A DNA stretch of 64,000 bases from Candidatus Nitrospinota bacterium M3_3B_026. GTDB taxonomy: Bacteria > Nitrospinota_A > UBA7883 > JBPRGF01. A model generated the notes under the pieces. That model was not told the origin of the DNA. It made no database searches and was given only the letters and a program-made list of their open reading frames with translations. The stretch's first letter is position 1, and every line of letters begins with the position of its first letter. The stretch lies in assembly GCA_051418015.1 (NCBI GenBank), contig JBPRGF010000033.1, forward strand, positions 224,001 to 288,000, given 5' to 3'. Position numbers and translations under genes: made by a program. This document shows, piece by piece, positions 19,342-27,994 of this stretch.

Positions 19342-20382
19342 ATGGACACACAAGCGGCGGGATGCCGTTGCGCCGCCTCGGCGCGGGAAAGCGCTCCATG
19401 CTCCCCGGCGCCCGTGAGATGCGCGACCGGCGAAATCAGCCTTTCGGACAGGTGGGTTCACATCAAGGCCAGCCTGGGTATCGACCGGTTCGGCCATCGT
19501 GTTGAGCCCGGCCTTTACGCCTTGGGTTCGCCGTCTGAAAACTCCTCCGTCCTCGTCACGGCCAACTACAAACCAAGTTTCGACGCCCTGCGTTCGGTCA
19601 TTGCCGGCATGGACGCCTGGATCCTTGTCCTCGACACCAAGGGGGTGAACGTCTGGTGCGCGGCGGGGAAGGGGACGTTCGGAACCGATGAGCTTGTAAA
19701 ACGAATCGAGTCAGTGGGTCTGCGCGACTTCGTCTTCCACCGCAGGCTCATCCTCCCGCAGCTTGGCGCTCCCGGCGTCGCCGCCCACGTGGTCAAGAAA
19801 CGCTCCGGGTTCAAGGTCGAATACGGCCCCGTTTTCGCCCGGGACCTGCCGGAGTTTTTGAAGGCAGGAAAGGCCACGGCCAGGATGCGAAGGGTGAGAT
19901 TTCCATTGCGAGACCGCGCGGCCCTGATACCGGTGGAGCTTGTCATCGCCGCTCCGTATGTTCTGGCGGCGGCTTTTTTTCTTTATTTCGCCGGGGGATG
20001 GGTGGCGGCGTCCTCCGCGCTGGCGGCGGCGCTGGCGGGGCTTGTTCTTTTCCCCATGCTGTTGCCGGTTATCCCGTTCAACGATTTTTCCGTCAAGGGT
20101 TTTCTGATCGGGGCGGCGGTGTCAGCGCCTTTCGCCGCGTGGGCCGTCGCGGCTTATGAGGGCACCTTTTACAGGTTCGGCTGGGCGGCTTTTTTCGTCC
20201 TTTTCATAACGTCGGTCGCGGCCTATTTCTCGCTCAACTTTACGGGCTCCACCACCTTCACGTCGCAGACCGGTGTCCAGCGCGAGGTTTTTCGATATTT
20301 TCCGTTGATGTTCTGGATGTTCCTTGTGTCCGCGGCCCTGGCGGTCGCCCTGCCCGCGGCGCGGTTTTTCGGAGCGGTGTGA
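19342..20382 (+). CDS. hgcA: Mercury methylation corrinoid protein HgcA (start ATG 19342 or GTG 19327)
   Basis: Cap-helix motif DTKGVNVWCAAGKGTFG; VEPGLY, VLVTANYK.SFD, LILPQLGAPGV, YGPV.A.DLP; C-terminal TM helices with NFTGSTTFTSQTGV..E. Confidence 0.97.
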   Translation: MDTQAAGCRCAASARESAPCSPAPVRCATGEISLSDRWVHIKASLGIDRFGHRVEPGLYALGSPSENSSVLVTANYKPSFDALRSVIAGMDAWILVLDTKGVNVWCAAGKGTFGTDELVKRIESVGLRDFVFHRRLILPQLGAPGVAAHVVKKRSGFKVEYGPVFARDLPEFLKAGKATARMRRVRFPLRDRAALIPVELVIAAPYVLAAAFFLYFAGGWVAASSALAAALAGLVLFPMLLPVIPFNDFSVKGFLIGAAVSAPFAAWAVAAYEGTFYRFGWAAFFVLFITSVAAYFSLNFTGSTTFTSQTGVQREVFRYFPLMFWMFLVSAALAVALPAARFFGAV

Positions 20383-20669
20383 TGTTCGATGTCTCCCTTT
20401 CCAACACGCTTGAGTATTACCCGGAAAAATGCGTCAACTGCGGCCTGTGCATAGACGTCTGCCCGCACGAGGTCTTCGAGCCGGGCGAAAATGCCGTCGT
20501 CCTCTCCCGCCCCGAAGCGTGTATGGAGTGCGGCGCGTGCCAGGTGAACTGTCCCACGGATGCCCTGGAGGTTGAAAGCGGCGTTGGGTGCGCCTGGGCG
20601 ATCATGTGGAGCGCGGTGAAAGGGGAGGACGAGCCCTCCTGCGGCTGCGGGCCGGCCGCCTGCTGTTGA
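20382..20669 (+). CDS. hgcB: Mercury methylation ferredoxin HgcB
   Basis: CVNCGLCIDVCP, CMECGACQVNCP, GVGCA, C-terminal CGCGPAACC; TGATG overlap with hgcA stop. Confidence 0.96.
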   Translation: MFDVSLSNTLEYYPEKCVNCGLCIDVCPHEVFEPGENAVVLSRPEACMECGACQVNCPTDALEVESGVGCAWAIMWSAVKGEDEPSCGCGPAACC

Positions 20670-20688
20670 CGCGGCGCGGTCTTTTTTT

Positions 20689-21384
20689 TCAGCGCTTCTT
20701 CTCTTCGGCCAGCTTCAAAAGCGCCTCGGCCATCTTCAGGTCATCGGGCGTGGTGATCTTGATGTTCGTCTCCTCCCCCTCGACCACGCGAACCAGAGCG
20801 CCCAGCCGCTCCACCAGCGACGACTCGTCCGTCGCCATGAACCCGTCCCGCTCGGCGCTCGTAAGCCCCTGCCGCAGCGCCTCCCTCTGGAAACACTGCG
20901 GCGTCTGCGCCCGGGCGATATCGTCTCGGGAGAGCGATCCTATGATCGCCCCGCCGTCGATCCTCTTCAGGGTGTCCTTCACCCGTATCGCCGCCACCGC
21001 CGCGCCGTACCGCGCCGCCGCCACGATGGTGTCCTCGATCAGCCTCGCCGTGACGAAGGGACGCACCCCGTCGTGGACGAGGACAAGGTTCGCCTCGTCC
21101 GGCAGGCTGTAAAAACCGTTGGAGACAGACTCCTGCCTGGTGATCCCCCCGTCGACGATCTTTACGACCTTTTTGATATGCCCGTCCCTGACTATCTTCC
21201 CGCAGGCCTCCCTCTCGTCGGCCGGGGCGGCGAGGATGATCCCCTCCACCATGGGTGAGGACGCCAGCCGCCTCAAGGTGTGGGCCAGGATCGGCTCGCC
21301 CCCTATGGTGAAAAACTGCTTCTTCTTGTCCGTTCCCATGCGGGCGCCGAAACCGGCGGCGGGGACGATGGCGTAAGTTCTCAA
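20689..21384 (-). CDS. ispD: 2-C-methyl-D-erythritol 4-phosphate cytidylyltransferase
   Basis: PAAGFGARM..KKQF, TRQESV, VHDGVRP, AQTPQ, NIKITTPDDL. Confidence 0.96.
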   Translation of the reverse strand: MRTYAIVPAAGFGARMGTDKKKQFFTIGGEPILAHTLRRLASSPMVEGIILAAPADEREACGKIVRDGHIKKVVKIVDGGITRQESVSNGFYSLPDEANLVLVHDGVRPFVTARLIEDTIVAAARYGAAVAAIRVKDTLKRIDGGAIIGSLSRDDIARAQTPQCFQREALRQGLTSAERDGFMATDESSLVERLGALVRVVEGEETNIKITTPDDLKMAEALLKLAEEKKR

Positions 21385-21402
21385 TCCACTCTCCTGTATC
21401 GG

Positions 21403-24372
21403 TCAGAAACGAGGTTTACGCTTGACGGCGGGCCGCGGCCTGGCGGCCTTCTCGATGATCCGCTCCAGGTCCCACTCAAGCGGCAGGCGGGCGGACTCGC
21501 CTTTTTTAAGCTTGTATACTAGATGCTGGTTTTCCAGCCCGTACTCGAATATCTCCTTCGTGATCTTCACGTCCGCCTCGCAGTACTCGGCGAGCAGGCC
21601 GCGCTTACCCTCCTTCCACCATCGCAGAGCCGCCAGGCCGTCGGCGGTCTTCCCGGCGTTGAGCGTCCCCCGGGCGAGGTTGTCGAGGCTCAAGCGGTGG
21701 CCAAGCCTGTTCCATATGTCCAGCAGGATGTCGAACGATTTTATCTCGGCGGCGAGGTCCCGCTCGGTGTAGCCTGAGAGGACGGCGTAGTCGAACCTCA
21801 CCTGGTTGAACCCCACCACGAGGTCGGCGGCCAGAAGCTCGTCTATCAGCGTCGGGACGTCCTCCTCCCAATAGTGGATGTACTTTTTCTCCCGCGAGTC
21901 GTAGACCACGCCCACGGACATTCGCATCAGGTCCGCCCTGTCCCAGCCCCCCACCTCGTTCGCGCCGAGTTGCGTCTCCAGGTCGAAGAAGACGATTTTG
22001 CGGTCCGGCGCGGGGTCGTAATACTCCACGAGGCGCGGCTCCGGCGCCTCCTCTTCCCGCGCCGTCTCCACGGGCGGGATGACGCGCGGCCTTGGAGCCT
22101 CCGCCCTGGGTCCGCGCCGCTCCCTTTTACCGAGGACGATCATCATCAGCATCACCGCGGCCGCCTTGTCGAGAGGTTTGTTTCCGGAGCCGCACTTGGG
22201 CGAGTGGACGCACGACGGGCAGCCCTCATCGCACTCGCAGCCGGCGACAAGCTCCAGCGCCGTCTCCCAGAGATCTTCAACTTTTTCGTACCCCGCCTCG
22301 CAGAGCCCCACGCCGCCGGGGTAGCCGTCGTAAAAGAAGACGGCGGACTTGTCGAGGCCGGGGTAGTGAGGGTAGGATATCCCGCCGATGTCGTCCCTGT
22401 CGCACAGGGCGAAGAGGGGGAAGAGGGATATCGAGGCGTGCTCGAAAGCATGGATGCCGCCCATGTATTTCAACCCCCGGGTCTCTATCTCAAGCCTCGT
22501 ATCGTCGTCTATCTCGATCCAGAAGCCGACCGTCTCGAACTCTGTCCTGGGCATGTCAAGATCGAAGACGCCGAGGGTCTCCTGGCCGAATATGGAGCGC
22601 CGCTCGTAGCCTGTGACCTGCTCCGTCACCTTCAGCCTGCCGAGCTTGACGGGGAAGCCGTTCACCTTCTTTTCGGTGATGACGCCGAGGATCTCCGTCT
22701 CCTTTTCAGTCCGGGGGCGGGTGTAGTATCGCTCCTCCATCTGCTCGACGTGGACGGCCCTTTTTTCAAGGTCGAGTCTTTTTACGATGTACTGCCTGCC
22801 CATGTGCATGTAGACCGCCCCCTCGTGCCCCTCGGTATAGACCCGCGATCCTGAAAGGCTGCCGATCACTTTTTTTCCGCCTTCGGTGAAGATCGTGAAG
22901 CCCTCCCCGGCGGAGCGGATGTCCACGTTTCTATGAGGATACTTGCGCGGGCAGACCCAGCGCTTCTCCTCCAGTGTGAAGATGATATCGCGGGAGCGCT
23001 CAAGCTCGTCCATCATCGGCTTGATCCTTTCCGGCCGGAAACTTTCGTCGTCCATCTCAAGCGGCAGCTCCGCGGCGGCCAGCGGCAGGTGGGCTTTCAG
23101 TATGTTCTCGTTGCCCGGGTCGATGATGGCGGCCTCGTATCCACGGGTGAAGAAATCCTCCGGGTTCCTGATGAAATGCTGGTCCAGCGCGTCCGGCAGG
23201 GCGACCATGATGATGGCGAACTCCCTTTCGCCGCGCCCCACACGGCCGCCGCGCTGCCAGGTATTTATGACCGTGCCGGGGTAGCCGACCAGGACGCATA
23301 CGTCCAGCCCGCCGATGTCCACTCCCATCTCAAGAGCCGATGTGGATATCACCCCGTCGAGCTTGCCGGAGAATAGGGCGCTCTCTATCTTCCGCCTTTC
23401 CCCGGGGAGGAACCCGGCCCTGTAGGCGCTGAGCTTTTCCGCGAGGTCCGGCTCGGCCTGGATCGTCCAGGTGTAGATAAGCTCCGTTATCTTGCGCGCC
23501 TTGGTGAAGGCTATCGTTTTCAGCCCCGCCTTCATCGCCGCGCGGATGATCTTCGAGGATTCCGTGTAGGGGCTGCCTTCGGTGTTGTAGAAAACAAAAT
23601 GGCCGCCCGGGCGCGGCGCGCCGGATTCCTCCACGACGGTAAAGGGCCTGCCCATCAGCTTCCCGGCGAACTTGCCGGGGTTGCTTATCGTCGCCGAGCA
23701 AGAAATGAAGACAGGGTCCGCGCCGTACCGTTTCGCTATTCTTGCCAGGCGGCGGAAGACCTGCGCCACGTGGGAGCCGAAGACGCCCCTGTAGGTGTGC
23801 GTCTCGTCGACCACTACGTACTTGAGCTTGCTTAAAAACTCCTCCCACTTGGCGTGGTAGGGGAGGATGGAAAGATGCAACATGTCCGGGTTGGTGAAGA
23901 TCACGCGCGGGCCGCTGGCCAGGATCTTGCGCCGGACGTGGGGGCTGGTGTCGCCGTCGAAGACCTCCGCGCGGAGGTTGAAGGCGACGTCGTCCTTCAT
24001 CTCGTTGAAGTTTTTGAGTTGGTCGCGGGCGAGGGCTTTTAGCGGGAAGATGTAAAGCGCCGTCGCCTCCGGGTCGGCCAGCATGGCGTCGAGGGTGGGG
24101 ATGGTGTAGCAGAGCGTCTTGCCGGACGCCGTGGGCGTCGCCACGATGACGTTCTCGCCGCGCATCGCCGCCTCGACGGCCTCGGCCTGGTGGGAGTAGA
24201 GTTTTTCGAGGCCGCGCTTCTCAAGGCTTTCGGCTATGGTTGGATGAACGCCGGGGGGGATCGGCGCGAGTTTCGCCTCTTTGGCTTCGAGCCGGTGGTG
24301 GTGGACAACGTTCGCGCCAAGGTCGCGGCGTTTTTTGATCTCGTCGATGAAGACGGAGACTTCGACTGCCAC
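21403..24372 (-). CDS. DEAD/DEAH helicase with DUF1998 domain (MrfA/YprA-like) fused to C-terminal RNase H-like exonuclease
   Basis: LYSHQ, TPTASGKT, DETH, SATI, ALEMGVDIG, QRGGRVGR; CECDEGCPSC; FFDLETQ, VVGFN..FD, EYCEADV. Confidence 0.92.
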   Translation of the reverse strand: MAVEVSVFIDEIKKRRDLGANVVHHHRLEAKEAKLAPIPPGVHPTIAESLEKRGLEKLYSHQAEAVEAAMRGENVIVATPTASGKTLCYTIPTLDAMLADPEATALYIFPLKALARDQLKNFNEMKDDVAFNLRAEVFDGDTSPHVRRKILASGPRVIFTNPDMLHLSILPYHAKWEEFLSKLKYVVVDETHTYRGVFGSHVAQVFRRLARIAKRYGADPVFISCSATISNPGKFAGKLMGRPFTVVEESGAPRPGGHFVFYNTEGSPYTESSKIIRAAMKAGLKTIAFTKARKITELIYTWTIQAEPDLAEKLSAYRAGFLPGERRKIESALFSGKLDGVISTSALEMGVDIGGLDVCVLVGYPGTVINTWQRGGRVGRGEREFAIIMVALPDALDQHFIRNPEDFFTRGYEAAIIDPGNENILKAHLPLAAAELPLEMDDESFRPERIKPMMDELERSRDIIFTLEEKRWVCPRKYPHRNVDIRSAGEGFTIFTEGGKKVIGSLSGSRVYTEGHEGAVYMHMGRQYIVKRLDLEKRAVHVEQMEERYYTRPRTEKETEILGVITEKKVNGFPVKLGRLKVTEQVTGYERRSIFGQETLGVFDLDMPRTEFETVGFWIEIDDDTRLEIETRGLKYMGGIHAFEHASISLFPLFALCDRDDIGGISYPHYPGLDKSAVFFYDGYPGGVGLCEAGYEKVEDLWETALELVAGCECDEGCPSCVHSPKCGSGNKPLDKAAAVMLMMIVLGKRERRGPRAEAPRPRVIPPVETAREEEAPEPRLVEYYDPAPDRKIVFFDLETQLGANEVGGWDRADLMRMSVGVVYDSREKKYIHYWEEDVPTLIDELLAADLVVGFNQVRFDYAVLSGYTERDLAAEIKSFDILLDIWNRLGHRLSLDNLARGTLNAGKTADGLAALRWWKEGKRGLLAEYCEADVKITKEIFEYGLENQHLVYKLKKGESARLPLEWDLERIIEKAARPRPAVKRKPRF

Positions 24373-24375
24373 GGT

Positions 24376-25443
24376 TTACAGCCGGGAGAGGCGGTTTCGC
24401 AGGTAATGATCGGCCAGGGTTACAAGCGTCATCGCCTCGGCCACCGGGACGGCGCGGGGGACGACGCACGGGTCGTGCCGCCCCTCGACGCTGACCGTCG
24501 CCTCGTTCCCGTCGGCGTCCACCGTCCGCTGCTTTTTCAGGATCGACGGCGTGGGCTTGACGGCTATCCGCGCCACGATCTCGTTCCCGTTGGATATGCC
24601 GCCGTCTATACCTCCGCTGTTGTTCGTCTCGAAGACTATCCGGCCGTCCTTCATTCTCATCCGGTCGTTGTTCTGGGAGCCTTTCAGCGATGCCGAGGCG
24701 AACCCGGCGCCGACCTCCACCCCCTTGACGGCGTTGATGGACATGAGCGCGCGGGCCAGATCGGCGTTGAGCTTGCCGTAGACCGGCTCGCCCAAACCCG
24801 CCGGGACGCCGATGGCGCGGACCTCTATGACGCCGCCGACGGAGTCCCCTTCCTTGCGGACGGTTTTTATTCTTTCCACCATTTGCGCCGCCGCCTCGGT
24901 GTCGGCGCAGCGGATTTCGTTTTCGGCGATGACGGCGCGGTCGAACTTTTCGGCGATGATGTCGTGGACCTGGACCGTGTGGGCGAAGACGTCTATCCCG
25001 TCACGGGCGAGCAGCGCTCGGGCGACGGCCCCGGCGGCGACGCGGCAGGCGGTCTCCCTCGCCGAGGAGCGGCCGCCGCCGCGATGGTCGCGATGGCCGT
25101 ACTTCATCGTCCAGGTGTAGTCGGCGTGGCCGGGGCGGTAGACGTTTCTGATCTTGTCGTAGGCGGCGGAGTTTTTGTCCTTGTTCTGTATCTCAATGTG
25201 TATCGGCGCGCCGGTCGACCGTCCCTCGAAGACGCCGGAGAGAATCTTCGCGGCGTCCGGCTCCCTGCGCTTCGTGCTCACGGAGCTTTGGCCGGGGCGG
25301 CGGCGGTCGAGGTCTTTTTGAATGATCTCTTCGGACAGCTCAAGCCCCGCCGGGCAGCCGTCTATGACCACGCCGATCGCCGGGCCGTGGGACTCGCCCC
25401 AGGTTGTTATCCTGAACATCGCTCCGAAGCTGTTTTCCGCCAT
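24376..25443 (-). CDS. aroC: Chorismate synthase
   Basis: TWGESHG, RPGHAD, RGGGRSSARET, GGISNG, KPTPSI, GRHDPC. Confidence 0.97.
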   Translation of the reverse strand: MAENSFGAMFRITTWGESHGPAIGVVIDGCPAGLELSEEIIQKDLDRRRPGQSSVSTKRREPDAAKILSGVFEGRSTGAPIHIEIQNKDKNSAAYDKIRNVYRPGHADYTWTMKYGHRDHRGGGRSSARETACRVAAGAVARALLARDGIDVFAHTVQVHDIIAEKFDRAVIAENEIRCADTEAAAQMVERIKTVRKEGDSVGGVIEVRAIGVPAGLGEPVYGKLNADLARALMSINAVKGVEVGAGFASASLKGSQNNDRMRMKDGRIVFETNNSGGIDGGISNGNEIVARIAVKPTPSILKKQRTVDADGNEATVSVEGRHDPCVVPRAVPVAEAMTLVTLADHYLRNRLSRL

Positions 25444-25485
25444 GATGATTAACTGTCGTTGTCTTTGTTAAAGATTCGGTTTTCC

Positions 25486-25578
25486 TCATCCTCCCCCTTG
25501 ACGGGGGAGGATCGAGGTGGGGGTGTTAAAAAAATCTTTATTCACCCTCCCCCCGCTCCCTCCCGTCAAGGGAGGGGA
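25486..25578. repeat. REP-like double-hairpin element (family B)
   Basis: TCATCCTCCCCCTTGACGGGGGAGGA...CCCTCCCGTCAAGGGAGGGG; matches 3601-3690 in reverse orientation. Confidence 0.8.
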
Positions 25579-25955
25579 ACGGTGGATTTGTTCTGCTCAA
25601 CTTTCTGTGTTTGCTCCGTGTTTTTAGATTCGCAACTGTTATGCAAAGCAATAAACGAGACAATAAGCGCGCCAACCGCGATAATATTACTCACCCTAGC
25701 GTGATTTGCCGATCTATCAGCGGCATCCGCGGCTTTCTGATTAATTGATATTTCACGCTCTTTTATTTTGTCTTCAAGTTGTTGCCGCTCTTCATTCTCT
25801 TTTTTTCTCTTTCGTTCTAGCCATTTTTTGGCAAGAGGTTCGTGCGGCGGTCCGCCGTAAACACGGTTAGCCAGCTTTCGGTGTACCGTTTCTACACCAT
25901 CTTTCTCTAACTCGGAGTAAAACTCTTCTATCTCGTCGTTTGATAGTATTGACAT
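25566..25955 (-). CDS. AT-rich hypothetical protein with coiled coil and single TM helix
   Basis: ATG immediately after aroK stop; low GC (20/60 G+C at 25741-25800); IIAVGALIVSFIAL hydrophobic segment. Confidence 0.6.
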   Translation of the reverse strand: MSILSNDEIEEFYSELEKDGVETVHRKLANRVYGGPPHEPLAKKWLERKRKKENEERQQLEDKIKEREISINQKAADAADRSANHARVSNIIAVGALIVSFIALHNSCESKNTEQTQKVEQNKSTVPLP

Positions 25956-26495
25956 TCAACAATTAGCGTTTCTAGATATCAGCTTCACTATCTCCTCCGC
26001 CGCGTCCTCGGGCCGTCTGTCCGTGTTGTCGACGGCGATATCGGCGTATTTTTCATACATCGCCGCGCGCTCCCTGAAAACTTTTCTGAAGGATCCTTCC
26101 GGGTCGTTCTCATCAAGAAAAGCCGGGAGGCCGCCTTTCATGATTCTCTCAAAAAGTCTCCGCTCATCCACCTTTATATGAATGAAGACCGCGTTCTCCG
26201 TCTTCTCTATCCCGCCGCCCATCAGTGTCCCGCCGCCGAGGGATATCACGGCGCCACGCTCCTTAAGGGCGATCCGCGCCGCCTCGTCCTCAAGCTCCCT
26301 GAAACGCTCGCGGCCAAGCGATTTGAAAATCTCGCGAAAGTTTTTGACCTCGCCGGTTCTCTCTTCATGCAACCGTTCGATTATATCGTCCGTGTCGATA
26401 AACTTCCGGCCCAGCTTCTCCGCCAGCGCCGCGCCGACGGTGGACTTGCCGCATCCCTTGAAGCCTATGACGATTACGGGGCCGGAGGTTTTCAT
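25956..26495 (-). CDS. aroK: Shikimate kinase
   Basis: GFKGCGKST, FIDTD, FRELE, ISLGGG. Confidence 0.93.
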   Translation of the reverse strand: MKTSGPVIVIGFKGCGKSTVGAALAEKLGRKFIDTDDIIERLHEERTGEVKNFREIFKSLGRERFRELEDEAARIALKERGAVISLGGGTLMGGGIEKTENAVFIHIKVDERRLFERIMKGGLPAFLDENDPEGSFRKVFRERAAMYEKYADIAVDNTDRRPEDAAEEIVKLISRNANC

Positions 26496-26517
26496 TCAAA
26501 TCAGGGGCGAATATGGG

Positions 26518-27990
26518 TCAGATTTTAATCAGCCCGCCTTGATAATTGTAGCACTTATAAAACTCGAATTCGCGGATCAGCAGCCCGCCGCGCTCTATTT
26601 TTATACTCCCCGCGGGCTCCACCCGGTCGAAATACTCCCCGAGCCGCTCAACGATCGCCCGTCCCTTCTCCGTGACGTAAAGGGCGCCCTTGCCCGGCAG
26701 GTGATCCACGGCGCCAAGGTAGCTGAAGCGGCCTTCGCCATCCGTTATGTAAGCGTCCGGCCTGTCGGGGGTATAGTAGCGCAGCAGGCTCATTATCTGG
26801 TACCGGTTTGATATTATGAAGGCGCCCTCGCCAAGGTCTTTCAGCCTCGCCGCCGACTCCTGCCCCAGCAGCTTCCAGCCGTATATTCTCCTGCTTACCT
26901 CGTGTTTTTGAGGCATCGGCAGGACCGGCTCCACTATCTGTACGTGAGCGTAGACCACGAGCCCGGCGCATAGCGCTATCGCCGCCGTGTAGCTTAAGGA
27001 GAGCGCTTTAAGGGCTCCTCCGTGGGGTCTTTCTCTGTAATAGGCGGCGGCGCCGGGGACGGCTATTATAGCGGCGATGTAGGCCGGGGCGGGCCAGTTG
27101 CCTTCCATGTGGGTTCGCATGCTGTTCACCAGGAAGAAAAGCAGGATCGGCGCGGACATGAATGAAAGGTAGAGGTAATCGTCCCGTCTCTCCCTTATCC
27201 CCATCCGCCCGGCGGCGAACGCGGCGGCGATAATGAAGAAAAAGAGAAGACCCCCGGCAAGCCCCGCCTGGCCCGCCCAGAACTCGGCGAATCCGGCCAG
27301 CCCGCCACCTCCCTCCTCAAAGCCGTGGGCGAGCTGGAACCTGAAGGAGACCCAGTCATGGCCGTGATTCCAGAAAATGACCGGGGAGAAGACAAGGAGG
27401 GACAAAGCGAAGGCCAGATACGGCTCCCTTCTGAAAAGCCAGTGCCTGTTCTCCGGCGAGAAGACGAGGAACAGCAGGAAAGCCGGGGCGAACAGCGCGG
27501 CGTTGTACTTGGACAGCATGGCAAGGCCGAAGGAGGCGCCAAGGGCGTACCACCATCCCGGCCGCTGCGTCTCCACTATCCTGTATCCGAAATAAAGCGA
27601 CAGAGCCCAGAAAAGGCATAAAGGAATATCCGGGGTGATGAAAAGACCTCCCACGCTGAACAGGGGAATGATGTTCATGAGAGCCGCCGCGGCCAGGCCG
27701 GTTCTCTCATCGTCGAAGACCTCCGAGCAGACAGTGTAGACGATCCACGTGATGGCCGAAAGCGCCATCACCGCCGACAGCCGGACCAGCCGCTCGGAAT
27801 CCTCCAGGAAATTCGTCGCGGCGATCATGTACGCTACCATGGGCGGATGGTCGTAGTAGCTTAAGGATGGATGGAGCGACCAGAGCCAGTAGTAGGCCTC
27901 GTCCAGGGAAAGCTCGAACCAGCCTGTATAGACAACCCGGAAGAGGGTGAGAAAAACGACGAGGGAGAAAAATGCCGCCCGCGCGCTCAA
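26518..27990 (-). CDS. ArnT/PMT-like GT39-type membrane glycosyltransferase
   Basis: DEAYYWLWS, YYDHPPM, TPDIP, LSKY, many TM helices. Confidence 0.88.
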   Translation of the reverse strand: MSARAAFFSLVVFLTLFRVVYTGWFELSLDEAYYWLWSLHPSLSYYDHPPMVAYMIAATNFLEDSERLVRLSAVMALSAITWIVYTVCSEVFDDERTGLAAAALMNIIPLFSVGGLFITPDIPLCLFWALSLYFGYRIVETQRPGWWYALGASFGLAMLSKYNAALFAPAFLLFLVFSPENRHWLFRREPYLAFALSLLVFSPVIFWNHGHDWVSFRFQLAHGFEEGGGGLAGFAEFWAGQAGLAGGLLFFFIIAAAFAAGRMGIRERRDDYLYLSFMSAPILLFFLVNSMRTHMEGNWPAPAYIAAIIAVPGAAAYYRERPHGGALKALSLSYTAAIALCAGLVVYAHVQIVEPVLPMPQKHEVSRRIYGWKLLGQESAARLKDLGEGAFIISNRYQIMSLLRYYTPDRPDAYITDGEGRFSYLGAVDHLPGKGALYVTEKGRAIVERLGEYFDRVEPAGSIKIERGGLLIREFEFYKCYNYQGGLIKI

Positions 27991-27994
27991 GGCC

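Noticed and set aside
20661..20700. TGA directly after the HgcB Cys-Cys as possible selenocysteine
   Set aside because: CC is the normal HgcB terminus, no convincing SECIS hairpin follows, and readthrough would run antisense into ispD.
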